NCBI GenBank assembly: GCA_964462405.1
Contig: CAYWXJ010000001.1
Coordinates: 14,263-78,262 of the forward strand
Source: an uncultured Eubacterium sp.
GTDB lineage: Bacteria; Bacillota; Clostridia; Lachnospirales; Lachnospiraceae
Reading direction: 5' to 3'
Length of the DNA: 64,000 nucleotides
In this document: piece after piece, positions 10,007 to 19,040 of the stretch
Numbering within the stretch: the first letter of the stretch is position 1
Layout of the letters: every line of letters starts with the position of its first letter
Notes under the pieces: model-generated
Told to the model about the DNA's origin: nothing
The model's input: the letters and a program-made list of their open reading frames with translations, nothing else
The model's database searches: none
Made by a program: the position numbers and the translations under genes

Positions 10007-11371
10007 TTACCTTGTTGCTATTGTGAAATAGAGTTTTTCAGCGCTGTCTACCGCCTGTAAGCCGACGTTAAAATACGTTTCATCCCCCTGTGACAATTCT
10101 CTATCAACAAGAAAATCACTTTCCGAATCAACATTTGTAATAGCACCGGCATCCTCAAATTGTTTCAATATTGTGCGCCCGATGCCTTCCATAATGTCCC
10201 ATCCAGTGGCGTCATTGTTAAATTTATTCGGCGGAAAGTTTAGTTGAATGCTCTCCGCAAATGTGTCAAACACACGAATCACCCGGTTCTTTCTATAAGT
10301 CTTATCTTTCGGCTTGTCGAAAGTAACAAGGGAATTGATGTCATATTCGACAACAATATCGCCAACTTCGGAAACGGAGAAGAAAAACTCGCCATTATTG
10401 ATTGCTGTAACCGCCTCTTCATGGCTTTTCGGGTCAACAACCTCCGTTGCGCCGTCATAGGCTACATAGGTAAGGCTTTCTGTATTTTCCGCAGCTGCTT
10501 CCGCCGCGGCTACCCAGGCGCAAGCTTCGGCATGAGAAAGTTTATCTTCACCGATTGCAACGGAATTTGTGACATTGATAACGCCTTCAAAATCGCCGCT
10601 TGCTGTATCAGGCATAACAACCTGTACGCCCTTGCCAACATCTTCTCTAATATACTGAATTTTGGTTTTTGCAGCTGCTTGTAATGCTGTATCTGTAATA
10701 GGGAAGCAAACTGTATTAAATTTAACGCTCTCCCAAGCATCGCAAAAATCTGTGATGTCTGTATTGCTGGTTTCGCCGTCTGTACCTCCCATAAGGTTGG
10801 CGCCGGCAATCGCAAAAAGATTTCCTTCACCTGTAAAAGTGATGTACTCACAATCTACTGCTACCAGGTCTGCCACGGTTTCCAGCCCCTCATATTCTGC
10901 CACAATACTTGCTCCAAGTGTAACGGTCACATCAAAACCCGCTACCGGATTTGCTGCGATTGCAAAGTAAAGAGAGTTTCCTCTCGTGCCCCCATATTTA
11001 GCCGTAGCCGTAATCGTAGCAGCAATCGACTCTTCTTCAGTACCTGTCTTTGTAATAGTTGCTTTTGTTCCTTCACTTGTAATATAAACAAGCACCTGGG
11101 AAGCTTTCTTAAAGGCCTCACGAATCAGCAGCATTTGCCTGTTTTCATCCTCATCATAAATGCTATAGCCAAGCTGCGCATATGCACTATCAGGGCTTGC
11201 TGCCGTCAGAGTAATCCACTTTTTAGCCGGGCCATATGTCGATTTTGTAAGTGGTACAATGACGATACCGCGGTCGCCTCCGCTAACAGTGTCTTGTCGG
11301 GTACTTTCAAAATTAATATAGGTACCAGGTCTTACTTTTCCGACTCGCTTATTAAATGTTCCGCCTGCCAT
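10007..11371 (-). CDS. Contractile tail sheath protein (XkdK-like)
   Basis: MAGGTF...KVRPGTYINF, AKYGGTRGN, DINSLVT, RKNRVIRVFD, AEKLYFTI. Confidence 0.94.
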   Translation of the reverse strand: MAGGTFNKRVGKVRPGTYINFESTRQDTVSGGDRGIVIVPLTKSTYGPAKKWITLTAASPDSAYAQLGYSIYDEDENRQMLLIREAFKKASQVLVYITSEGTKATITKTGTEEESIAATITATAKYGGTRGNSLYFAIAANPVAGFDVTVTLGASIVAEYEGLETVADLVAVDCEYITFTGEGNLFAIAGANLMGGTDGETSNTDITDFCDAWESVKFNTVCFPITDTALQAAAKTKIQYIREDVGKGVQVVMPDTASGDFEGVINVTNSVAIGEDKLSHAEACAWVAAAEAAAENTESLTYVAYDGATEVVDPKSHEEAVTAINNGEFFFSVSEVGDIVVEYDINSLVTFDKPKDKTYRKNRVIRVFDTFAESIQLNFPPNKFNNDATGWDIMEGIGRTILKQFEDAGAITNVDSESDFLVDRELSQGDETYFNVGLQAVDSAEKLYFTIATR

Positions 11372-11372
11372 T

Positions 11373-11609
11373 TTACTTTACCTCCATTCCGCGCCATTTA
11401 TCAATACGCGCTTTAATTTCTTCAATAGTATGGCTGCCAGTCATACCATACGTTGCTCCGACAAATGTACAATCAGTAACTCCAAAAAGCTCTTTACAAT
11501 TTGCCTGCAATTTTTCAAGTGGAAAAACTTTTTTGCTTTCGGCTTTCTGCGCCGAAGTTTGTACTTTTTCCGCTTTTGGCGTCTGCTCTTTCTCTGTTTT
11601 GCCTGCCAT
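11373..11609 (-). CDS. Small phage tail-region protein (YkzM/YqzN-like)
   Basis: FPLEKL...ELFGV...FVGA...TIEEIKARIDKW..EV pattern, directly before sheath; GGAGG RBS. Confidence 0.65.
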   Translation of the reverse strand: MAGKTEKEQTPKAEKVQTSAQKAESKKVFPLEKLQANCKELFGVTDCTFVGATYGMTGSHTIEEIKARIDKWRGMEVK

Positions 11610-11619
11610 GTTAATCCTC

Positions 11620-12135
11620 CTAACTTTGTATATAATTTTCTAGCGCTGCTTCCATAGCAGTGTCAATCACTTTGCTCTCATATAGCTCCGGCTTGTTCCA
11701 CTGTTCTACATGGTATACCTGCGCTTTTGTAGCGGTTTCTGTGTCATACGGCCGTCTGCTGGTCCATGTAATTTCCAACTGTGCTGCGCCATTATCAAGC
11801 ATTTTCAGTTTTGGGTCATCTACTCGCAGTATCTCTTCTGTTTCATTACCGGTAGTATCAATCATGGCAAGCATGTTACGGCGTGCCCTTATTGCAGTAA
11901 GTACCAGCAATGCCAGCTGGTACGCTTTTTCTGACGTCTTATGAAAAAACGTAATTCCAAAAACGTACTCCATACTGTAAGTTGCCAGCGTGTCAGCGCC
12001 GGTTGTTATTTCAGGGGTAGGGAAGTACACGGAAGGAACCATAAAACTCTGCGGAACCTTCCAGTAATACGGTGAGGGATTTCCTGCTTGGTCTAATACA
12101 AATTTGATAATGCTTGCAATATCCTGTTCAAGCAT
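11620..12135 (-). CDS. Tail terminator/neck protein
   Basis: Start MLEQDIASII with GAGGTG RBS (ORF track start 12243 overlaps upstream gene); position in head-tail connector block. Confidence 0.7.
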   Translation of the reverse strand: MLEQDIASIIKFVLDQAGNPSPYYWKVPQSFMVPSVYFPTPEITTGADTLATYSMEYVFGITFFHKTSEKAYQLALLVLTAIRARRNMLAMIDTTGNETEEILRVDDPKLKMLDNGAAQLEITWTSRRPYDTETATKAQVYHVEQWNKPELYESKVIDTAMEAALENYIQS

Positions 12136-12151
12136 ACGGTTCACCTCACTT

Positions 12152-12673
12152 TCACCCTCCAAAATAATTGTCAAGCCACTCTTGCAGCTTTTTCTCCAAA
12201 AGATTTGGGTACATCTTATCCAGTATTCGCAATGCGCTGTCAAAGTAGGGTTTTCCCGGTACCCAGTCTTGCTTCAATACCATGCCTGTTTTTGCCGAAG
12301 GGTCATAAATGAAACGGTCGCCCTCCCAATAACCGGGTACAAAACGCTGTTCCACGCCCTTTGGATTTTTCCAGTGTCCGTCATTTACATACCTCGCATA
12401 TTCAACGCCGGAACCGACTTCAAGTGTCAGCCCGTTTTCTTCCAGCCTCCACACGTTACCCTCTGTGTCCTTCTCAAAACTAGCAAGCAAAAGCCGGCTG
12501 TCCATAACCTTACGGCGTACAATTTCATCTTGTATGATACGGAGAAACTCTTCGCCGATGCCTTCCAAAAACAGTTCAAGCTCTTTCTTAAAATCGCCTT
12601 TTGCTGCGCGTTCGGCTCTTGCAAAAAAGTCCCGTAGTTCTGACAAGTCAATCTCAATATACCTGCTGCTCAT
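12152..12673 (-). CDS. HK97 gp10-family tail completion protein (XkdI-like)
   Basis: DSRLLLASF, EVGSGVEYARYVNDGH, WVPGKPYF. Confidence 0.85.
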   Translation of the reverse strand: MSSRYIEIDLSELRDFFARAERAAKGDFKKELELFLEGIGEEFLRIIQDEIVRRKVMDSRLLLASFEKDTEGNVWRLEENGLTLEVGSGVEYARYVNDGHWKNPKGVEQRFVPGYWEGDRFIYDPSAKTGMVLKQDWVPGKPYFDSALRILDKMYPNLLEKKLQEWLDNYFGG

Positions 12674-13035
12674 AACGGTTTCTGGTCCTCCACTTTCTTG
12701 ATGAATACAAACATATGGTGATTCCTTACATTTACCGGCTGCTCTGCCGTGTATTCAGACCCTGTTTCCAGGTCCACGATTTTATCATTGCAGCGTACAT
12801 CTGTACCGATAGGCAATGTAAGTTTCGTTTTTGCATCCATCATATTTGCCGGCACCGTCTGCGTAATGGTAATGCTTTGCGACTTTACGCCGAAGTGGCA
12901 TTCCTGCGCGCTTATATCCGGCTCATCTGGGTAAGAAAAAGAAGGAGAAGCTGCAAGCCCGTAACCGGGAGAAGCTCTTCCTTCCTGAATATGGTAAATG
13001 TCGCATTTGTGATTGAGAAGATTTTCTAAACTCAT
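12670..13035 (-). CDS. Head-tail joining protein (XkdH/YqbH, DUF3599-like)
   Basis: MSLENLLNHKCDIYH, FSYPDEPDI, PIGTDVR.NDK, P.NVRNHH. Confidence 0.8.
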   Translation of the reverse strand: MSLENLLNHKCDIYHIQEGRASPGYGLAASPSFSYPDEPDISAQECHFGVKSQSITITQTVPANMMDAKTKLTLPIGTDVRCNDKIVDLETGSEYTAEQPVNVRNHHMFVFIKKVEDQKPL

Positions 13036-13045
13036 GCTGCACCTC

Positions 13046-13429
13046 CTACAATTTCCTCATGCGCATTGTTATATTGTTATTGGCCTTTGCCTGTACGTAA
13101 TCATCCAGTAAAGCGGCTAGGTCCAAGCCGTCTATGCTAATGGTGGAATACTCTGAGGTATAGCTGTAGTCGTCAAAACTTTCTGACTTTACCGCCTGCG
13201 TAGATACAAAATTGTTATAGGCGTAAGCTTCTGCCAGTATAAGTACCGCAGTTTTGACTGGGGCCGGTATTTCTTCGTATGCCTCGAATGTGTTATGCGT
13301 ATATGTTATGACGTATTGTTCCGCCCTCGTAATATCTACAGCAAGGCGTGCATCAGCGCGTTCTTGCACTGACAATTTTTCAGAATATTCCTTGACTTCA
13401 CTCGGCAATACCCAAGGTCTTTCCACCAT
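13046..13429 (-). CDS. Head-tail connector (YqbG/DUF3199-like)
   Basis: DITRAEQYV, VKTAVLILAE, KSESFDDYSYT. Confidence 0.8.
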   Translation of the reverse strand: MVERPWVLPSEVKEYSEKLSVQERADARLAVDITRAEQYVITYTHNTFEAYEEIPAPVKTAVLILAEAYAYNNFVSTQAVKSESFDDYSYTSEYSTISIDGLDLAALLDDYVQAKANNNITMRMRKL

Positions 13430-13445
13430 GTCGCACCTCCTTTAA

Positions 13446-13901
13446 TTACTGCTGTAATTCTGTCATAGTAGGACTGCCATACTCGATTACGCCGCTTGTT
13501 TCCTCTGGTCCTAAAACTTCCCGGAGTTTAGCAACAATATCCGCTTTCTTAGACAACCCTTTAACGCTTACATTTTTGTATGTTGCAAATGTTTCCAGCT
13601 CTGCACGTGACATTTCATCCAGAGTTTTTCCTGCCTTTTCTTCTTCTCCGGTGCCTTCATCCGATTCCGGCAAAATACCGTCGGGGATAGATTCATCTTC
13701 TCCCGCACCTGTTGAATTATTCTCCGGCTGCTGTTCAGGAGTCTGTAACTTGCCATTTCCTTCTACAAGCTGGAAATAACCGGATTTTGTCAATGCTTCG
13801 GCCTGTGCTTTATCCTCCATAAATACATCAGGATTTTTCTTTGTAACAGAAAGGCCATACCCTGTATAGGACATGGCCTTTACCAGTCTTAAATGAAACA
13901 T
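13446..13901 (-). CDS. Phage protein (YqbF-like) with C-terminal HeH/Rho-N-like helical motif
   Basis: Follows capsid gene; LDEMSRAELETFA...KKADIVAKL. Confidence 0.6.
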   Translation of the reverse strand: MFHLRLVKAMSYTGYGLSVTKKNPDVFMEDKAQAEALTKSGYFQLVEGNGKLQTPEQQPENNSTGAGEDESIPDGILPESDEGTGEEEKAGKTLDEMSRAELETFATYKNVSVKGLSKKADIVAKLREVLGPEETSGVIEYGSPTMTELQQ

Positions 13902-13913
13902 GATTCTACCTCC

Positions 13914-14834
13914 TTATTTCAGCCCCTTAATGATTGCCGTAGCGTCCAGTTCCTCAATAATCGGGTCATAGTCAAGGTGCGTTACATAGAAACGCTTATC
14001 CTGCATGATTGCTTCCTTACCCTCTGTCGTCTTGCGAATCTGTACGCCGTATGTATTTACAACAATAAGATTCTTCGGGTCAGTCAGCAAAATTGTGTCA
14101 TCAGCCATTGATGCGCATTCAACCGTAGGAATACGCACGGGCGCCGTATAAAGGTTATCCGGTACAGCGCCGCCTTTGCCGATTACCTGATTCAACAAGA
14201 ATAACTCCCATTCCTGCGCTCTCCTCGGCGACATCAGCCAACGCAATTTACCGTTGTTGTATTTATTTGGAATCTGTGCCAGGGCTTTATAAAACAGGTC
14301 AAGGCTCATGCTTGTTTCGCTGGCAGCGTCATATACATGCCCGCCATTGGCAATCTGCTTAATCCATCCGTCATTGATTTTCAGGAAATCATAATCAGGG
14401 TCAGAGCTTTCCGTAGTTTCGTCGCCGTTCAGGTAAATATCCTCAAGGTCAACACCTAACTGCGTTGTCATGAGGTCTGTAACGATTTTCTCGAAATTCT
14501 GGCCCTCAATGTTTTCCCGCAGGGTTTCCTCTGTAATTTCCCAAGGCAGACGTACAGCGGTAGTGCTGTAATCAATCTGGCTTGTTTCTACGTTTGCCCT
14601 GTAGCCGTCGTCTGTGTTCTCTGTCTTTTTACGGAGAATACGCCGGCCAATTCCAATCTTGTCAATCTCGCCTGTTTTTGCTGTACGCATTTCGTGACGT
14701 ACAAGACCGCCAAGATTTGTGGCTTCAAACGTCTGCTGAATAAATTTTCTTGACTGTTCCGGGTTCAGCAGCCCGGAAGAAAGGGTGGTTGTCTCAATCG
14801 CCGCTTTCCTGATAATATTGTGGTTACTATTCAT
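13914..14834 (-). CDS. Major capsid protein (XkdG/YqbE-like)
   Basis: GLLNPEQSRKF, EIDKIGIGRR, WEITEETLRENIEG, DLEDIYLNGD, NDGWIK. Confidence 0.93.
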   Translation of the reverse strand: MNSNHNIIRKAAIETTTLSSGLLNPEQSRKFIQQTFEATNLGGLVRHEMRTAKTGEIDKIGIGRRILRKKTENTDDGYRANVETSQIDYSTTAVRLPWEITEETLRENIEGQNFEKIVTDLMTTQLGVDLEDIYLNGDETTESSDPDYDFLKINDGWIKQIANGGHVYDAASETSMSLDLFYKALAQIPNKYNNGKLRWLMSPRRAQEWELFLLNQVIGKGGAVPDNLYTAPVRIPTVECASMADDTILLTDPKNLIVVNTYGVQIRKTTEGKEAIMQDKRFYVTHLDYDPIIEELDATAIIKGLK

Positions 14835-14863
14835 AATGCTCTTTTCCTCCTTACTTATTTTGA

Positions 14864-16231
14864 TTAGAGAATGCCATGCAAATAATGCTCGCCGGCATCC
14901 TTTTCCACACTGCTGCCATTCAGATTGTTTGGTACGCCTTTACTTCGCAGCACCGGTGCAACCGCTTTTTCCACGGCCTTTGTAACCATATCCGCCACCT
15001 GCTCTGCGGTCACCTGTTCCTGCGACTGTGGCGTGAGTGCTTTTGCGACTGCTGCCTCAACCATTTTTGCAACGGTTTCCTCGTCCAGCTTTTCATCTTC
15101 CTTATCTTTGTCCTTGCTGCCATCGGTGGTGGTAGCGTCGTCTTTGGTTTCCTCGTCTTTTGTGGCCTCTGCTGCCTTCGTGGCCTTTTCGATAGCTGCC
15201 GCAACAGACTTCTCAACAATCTGCTCAACTTCCTGCTTTGTCACTTCTTTGTCCCCCTTTTCGTCTTTGCTGTTGTCCCCGGTATCAATCTTTTCAGGTT
15301 CGTCTTTTTTCTCTTCAAACTCTGCTAAGAACGTGCCGAGATTGTCATAGATTCCCTGCAGGGTCTCTTTGTTCTTGCTGCTCAGTTTCTTGCCGGCTTT
15401 TTCTACCGGGCGGTCCTGAATAGCTTTTGTGATACTTTCTTTCCCTGTGAGAAGGCTGGTAACAATCTGGTTAAAATCTTCCAGACACTCACGCACCTTA
15501 TCTTCATCCGTTTCATACACATACCTATCTGCATATGGGTCGTATGCACATAAGGTATCTTTAAGGGTATAAAAGGCTTCCCAAAAAAGCTGCCCTCTGC
15601 TGCGTTCCGTATAGAGTTCCGCAGTTGCGCCCTTCTCAACCAAATTCATGCCAAACGCTTTTGCCAACTGTTTCAAAAGTCCTTTCTTCTCACTGGTTTC
15701 CTGCTTACTCACGTTATCCAAATCAACATCCTCCTCGCTATAATTTCCAAGGCCACCCATGCTAAAGCCTGTAATGTCACCTTTCTCAATGCCTTCCCAT
15801 GTGCTTTCATCGGTTACCTCAACAGTCATAAGCCATGTTCCTTTTTGGACTGTTTCGCCGTCAATTTCAAAATCAGCTTTCGCAATCCAATTTTCTACCA
15901 CTGCCGCACCGTCCAGTGGTTCAAAACTGTGCTGCAAGTCAACTTTGTCACCGTTCTTAGCGAACCAGTATGCCGCTTTCGTAATTTCTTCCTCGGTCAT
16001 AAAATTGCCGTGTGAATCCTCGGTCATTGGTTCATACACAATTCCGGTAACATAGTGGTTTTCCGTATCGGCTTTAATGATTCGGCCATACGTCGTGAAG
16101 GCTGCTTTTCCGTCGTCGGCTTTCTTTAACAGAAATGGCCGCTTATTTGCTGCCCTGTCAACCAGACTCACAAACTGGATTTTGGCGTCCGTGATTTCGT
16201 AAGCTCTTTCAACTTTCCGCACCGTTCTCAC
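14864..16231 (-). CDS. Prohead protease/scaffold fusion (XkdF/YqbD-like)
   Basis: FVSLVDRAAN, GIVYEP..EDSHG, VDLQH, KGTW, ITGFSMGG, then an acidic scaffold-like C-terminus. Confidence 0.88.
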   Translation of the reverse strand: MRTVRKVERAYEITDAKIQFVSLVDRAANKRPFLLKKADDGKAAFTTYGRIIKADTENHYVTGIVYEPMTEDSHGNFMTEEEITKAAYWFAKNGDKVDLQHSFEPLDGAAVVENWIAKADFEIDGETVQKGTWLMTVEVTDESTWEGIEKGDITGFSMGGLGNYSEEDVDLDNVSKQETSEKKGLLKQLAKAFGMNLVEKGATAELYTERSRGQLFWEAFYTLKDTLCAYDPYADRYVYETDEDKVRECLEDFNQIVTSLLTGKESITKAIQDRPVEKAGKKLSSKNKETLQGIYDNLGTFLAEFEEKKDEPEKIDTGDNSKDEKGDKEVTKQEVEQIVEKSVAAAIEKATKAAEATKDEETKDDATTTDGSKDKDKEDEKLDEETVAKMVEAAVAKALTPQSQEQVTAEQVADMVTKAVEKAVAPVLRSKGVPNNLNGSSVEKDAGEHYLHGIL

Positions 16232-16263
16232 CTCCTTTCTGCGGGCATTTGTGCATATAAAAA

Positions 16264-16279
16264 GCAGCGTCTCCGCTGC
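16264..16279 (-). terminator. Short GC hairpin with T tract upstream of the protease gene
   Basis: GCAGCG GAGA CGCTGC TTTTT on - strand. Confidence 0.55.
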
Positions 16280-16308
16280 AATTTATCAAAGTAATAAAGT
16301 TATGAGGT

Positions 16309-16394
16309 CCCACGGCCTCCATATTCGCATTTTAAGGCTTTGAGCTTATAAATTACTAGCCTGACCATTAAAATGCGAATATGGAGACCGTGGG
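16309..16394. repeat. Palindromic element copy 1 (27-bp arms, 32-nt spacer)
   Basis: CCCACGGCCTCCATATTCGCATTTTAA-N32-TTAAAATGCGAATATGGAGACCGTGGG, one mismatch between arms. Confidence 0.93.
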
Positions 16395-16404
16395 CGTCCT
16401 GGGG

Positions 16405-16620
16405 CTAGCCCTGGTCTCTCGTGTTATCTACAACAACAATGCCTTCCGGCAAATCAACTTCCAAGCTGTCTAATGGTGACATCCGTATTTTCAAAAGTAA
16501 TTCCGGCTGATGCATAGCATTTTGCGTGAGACAAAACTCTGATATATAGTTATTCAATTCTACGCCATCTATCTTTACTGACGTAAGGTGGTTTATGTCT
16601 TCTGTTATCTGTATTCTCAT
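16405..16620 (-). CDS. Small hypothetical phage protein (71 aa) bracketed by two palindromic elements
   Basis: AGAAAGGA RBS, ATG, same strand as the operon. Confidence 0.75.
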   Translation of the reverse strand: MRIQITEDINHLTSVKIDGVELNNYISEFCLTQNAMHQPELLLKIRMSPLDSLEVDLPEGIVVVDNTRDQG

Positions 16621-16647
16621 AGGTTTTTCCTTTCTTCAAGCTCTGTG

Positions 16648-16721
16648 GTCTCCATATTTGCGTTTTAAGGCTTTGGGCTTATAAATTACTAACCAAGCTA
16701 TTAAAACTCAAATATGGAGAC
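16648..16721. repeat. Palindromic element copy 2 (21-bp arms, 32-nt spacer)
   Basis: GTCTCCATATTTGCGTTTTAA-N32-TTAAAACTCAAATATGGAGAC; spacer shares GGCTTTGRGCTTATAAATTACTA with copy 1. Confidence 0.93.
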
Positions 16722-16738
16722 TGTGGACGACCTGGGAG

Positions 16739-17707
16739 CTATTCTGGGTCAATACCTGCTTTCGCACGGTTCGCAGCGTCAAGCTCTTTTTCCCATTCGT
16801 CATCCATTTCATCAACAATTTGCTGCTGCATCTCCTGGCGTTCCTCTAAGGATAAGCCGAGAATCTCTTCATTTACAACCGGCTGACAAATGCAATGGCA
16901 ATTTATGCTTTCCTCCGGTGGTAGGAGAGTATCACGCGGGTACATGGGAGAGTAGCCACTGCCATCTGCGCCAGTCAGGTCAAACGGTTCATTAACTGGC
17001 ACCCTCTGGCCGTCCATATCAATATGATTCTGTCGTGGCTCGTTTCTATATTCGCCAGTATGCTTCCACATTTTTTCTGATACTGCCGGACTTTGCATAA
17101 ACGCTTCTTGCTGTGCTACGCTGTGCGCCCGTAAAACTTCCGTTACTGCTACACGTCTTGCCTTGTAATATTCATTACGTATGCCACTGTCAAGAATCTC
17201 TTTAGTAAAATCTGCTATGCCCTTGCCATCTTTTAGCCCTTTTTCCAGGATTCGCTCAACCTCTTTATGACTATTGAGCTGCATAATCTCGCCGAGTTCC
17301 TCGCTCCAATTCTTTATCCAAGCAGTTGTTCGCTTTGATACTTGCTCTAATTTAAGGTTTTTATCTGTTTGTGCAATATAATAGCCAACATACTCCGGCA
17401 TGAACTTTTCAAGCTGCTCCGTGAAAATGGCTGCAATAATCGGTTTTAGCTTGTCACCAATCTTTAATCCCGGCCACACATCTTCAGCAAAAGTTTCAAG
17501 GTCTACCGCTTTTTCAGCCTCAGACACAAAATAATCTGTTTCCTCCATAAGAGCTTCGGCTGCGCTGTCCTCAATATCTTTTATATATTGAAATGATTTC
17601 TTTGGTTTTGCAAAACCTTCATCACCAAGCACTTCCGTAAGATTTTTGTCAGCCTTTGCAATATAGTTGTCTATAGCCTTTATGAGAGGCTCGCAATATA
17701 TACACAT
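16739..17707 (-). CDS. Minor capsid / head morphogenesis protein (MuF, SPP1 gp7 family)
   Basis: ARRVAVTE, KMW, R.NHIDMDGQ, MYPRD, E.INCHC; likely start MCIYC at 17707 with AAGGTG RBS. Confidence 0.9.
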   Translation of the reverse strand: MCIYCEPLIKAIDNYIAKADKNLTEVLGDEGFAKPKKSFQYIKDIEDSAAEALMEETDYFVSEAEKAVDLETFAEDVWPGLKIGDKLKPIIAAIFTEQLEKFMPEYVGYYIAQTDKNLKLEQVSKRTTAWIKNWSEELGEIMQLNSHKEVERILEKGLKDGKGIADFTKEILDSGIRNEYYKARRVAVTEVLRAHSVAQQEAFMQSPAVSEKMWKHTGEYRNEPRQNHIDMDGQRVPVNEPFDLTGADGSGYSPMYPRDTLLPPEESINCHCICQPVVNEEILGLSLEERQEMQQQIVDEMDDEWEKELDAANRAKAGIDPE

Positions 17708-17792
17708 TTTTAGCACCTTCTTTTCACTTTTTAGCATTATTGATAATAGACTTTTCTCTAAAAATCTGCTATCCTAATACATAACAAAAATA

Positions 17793-17826
17793 TAGCCGCA
17801 TTTATGATGACGCATAAATGCGGCTA
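17793..17826 (-). terminator. Perfect 14-bp hairpin, terminator-like on - strand
   Basis: TAGCCGCATTTATG-ATGACG-CATAAATGCGGCTA, followed by TATTTTT on - strand. Confidence 0.7.
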
Positions 17827-17847
17827 GTAAGAAAGGAGAGACATTAT

Positions 17848-17955
17848 ATGCCTATCACAATCTTATTGCTTGACTGCGAATCAAGCATGTTGTCAGATAT
17901 TGTTTCCATATCGGAATGGAATTGGACTGTTGCATTATCCGTATTTGACAACTAA
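17848..17955 (+). CDS. Possible 35-aa peptide, antisense to the late operon
   Basis: AGAAAGGAG RBS 9 nt before ATG; MPITILLLDCESSMLSDIVSISEWNWTVALSVFDN*; followed by a hairpin. Confidence 0.35.
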   Translation: MPITILLLDCESSMLSDIVSISEWNWTVALSVFDN

Positions 17956-17965
17956 AAATATATCT

Positions 17966-17995
17966 AAAAGCCTCACATTATTATATGGGGCTTTT
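17966..17995. terminator. Bidirectional terminator-like hairpin after the ART partner gene
   Basis: AAAAGCCTCA-loop-TGGGGCTTTT. Confidence 0.65.
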
Positions 17996-18003
17996 ATTCA
18001 AAC

Positions 18004-18342
18004 TTATAATGCATCACGCGGTATATCAGGCGTACCATAGCGTTCACATGCTTTATTCCACATATCTTCCCATGCTTTATCCGAACGGCAACCACGGTGT
18101 TTACTAAGAAACTCTTTATCCACTTCTTCAATCTCGCTCTCATAACCGCGTTCTGCAATAGCTTCACGTAAAGCTGTCAGCTTATTTGTTTTATCAAATC
18201 GGCTTTCAGTTTCAATCTTTTGTACTTTTATATCTGCCTGTGCTTCAGTTAAAACATCTTTAGGTATAGCAGAGGCTTTCAAAAATTTTATATAATGAAT
18301 TATACTATGCCCATCAGCTCTTATTGCTTTCATTCTTTCCAC
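18004..18342 (-). CDS. Hypothetical protein coupled to the ADP-ribosyltransferase (possible immunity protein)
   Basis: Start overlaps the ART stop region; 112 aa, charged, helical; role inferred from position only. Confidence 0.65.
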   Translation of the reverse strand: MERMKAIRADGHSIIHYIKFLKASAIPKDVLTEAQADIKVQKIETESRFDKTNKLTALREAIAERGYESEIEEVDKEFLSKHRGCRSDKAWEDMWNKACERYGTPDIPRDAL

Positions 18343-18959
18343 CTCATTTCTAATATTGGCGTGCCGTCTTCATTGTAAGTGATACCATAAATTTCAAACG
18401 TACTATCACGTTTTAGAAGAAACTCTTTTTCATCACTAAAATCAGATAAGCCACTTAAATACGCACCTCTTCCTATTCCGGCTGGAATATCAATTTTCAA
18501 AATTACAGGGTCACTATCTGAATCAAACGCCCTGCCATCTGCAAAAATTTCAGCTTCTTCTTTATCAACGGCTGTACTCATAAAACCTAAATCTCGATAT
18601 TCTTGCCCAATAAGGTTTTCATCTATATTAAGTTTTAACAGTTTTGAAGAGCAGCCTCTATACATAGTAACATTTTCTTTTAACTCAAATCTTTCTATTG
18701 CAGAATCAAGATTATTTATCGCGTCACTTACCCATTCTTCATCTTCCTCATAAATATGGTTATCCCTTAAATACTCATTGACCGCAATATTTGCCATACC
18801 TGTATAATCAACAATACATTCTCTTTCATTATCAGACAAATCATTTGTCCAAGTTTTAGCGGATTCTAATAAACTCTTTTCAGCATCTGCCCCGGATAAT
18901 GTACTGCTTACACCAGTTGAATCACCGCCTGACCAGTCTTTCAAGCCATCAGGTCCCAT
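18330..18959 (-). CDS. ADP-ribosyltransferase (VIP2/C3-like, R-S-E class); true start probably 19123, frameshifted at a G8 tract
   Basis: YTG...VNEYLR, LDSAI, MYRG, GFMSTA, LKIDIPAG..GAY, DEKEFLL. Confidence 0.88.
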   Translation of the reverse strand: MGPDGLKDWSGGDSTGVSSTLSGADAEKSLLESAKTWTNDLSDNERECIVDYTGMANIAVNEYLRDNHIYEEDEEWVSDAINNLDSAIERFELKENVTMYRGCSSKLLKLNIDENLIGQEYRDLGFMSTAVDKEEAEIFADGRAFDSDSDPVILKIDIPAGIGRGAYLSGLSDFSDEKEFLLKRDSTFEIYGITYNEDGTPILEMRWKE

Positions 18960-19032
18960 GTCAATATTTCCATCTTCATCGAAGTGGACTTTTGTACCGT
19001 TGATAGTTGCCCAGCCGTCATCTTTTATTATA

Positions 19033-19040
19033 CCCCCCCC
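19033..19040 (-). repeat. G8 homopolymer interrupting the ART reading frame
   Basis: - strand CCG GGG GGG GTA TAA; G9 or G6 would join MDLYESRD... to IIKDDGWATINGTKVHF... Confidence 0.85.

Noticed and set aside
16309-16721. Palindromic elements as simple intrinsic terminators or true integron attC sites
   Set aside because: The 32-nt loops and lack of a U tract do not fit terminators; there are no RYYYAAC/GTTRRRY boxes and no tyrosine integron integrase
17860-17960. Known riboswitch (c-di-GMP or similar)
   Set aside because: Stems are present but I could not match the conserved nucleotides of any riboswitch I know; kept only as an unnamed structured region
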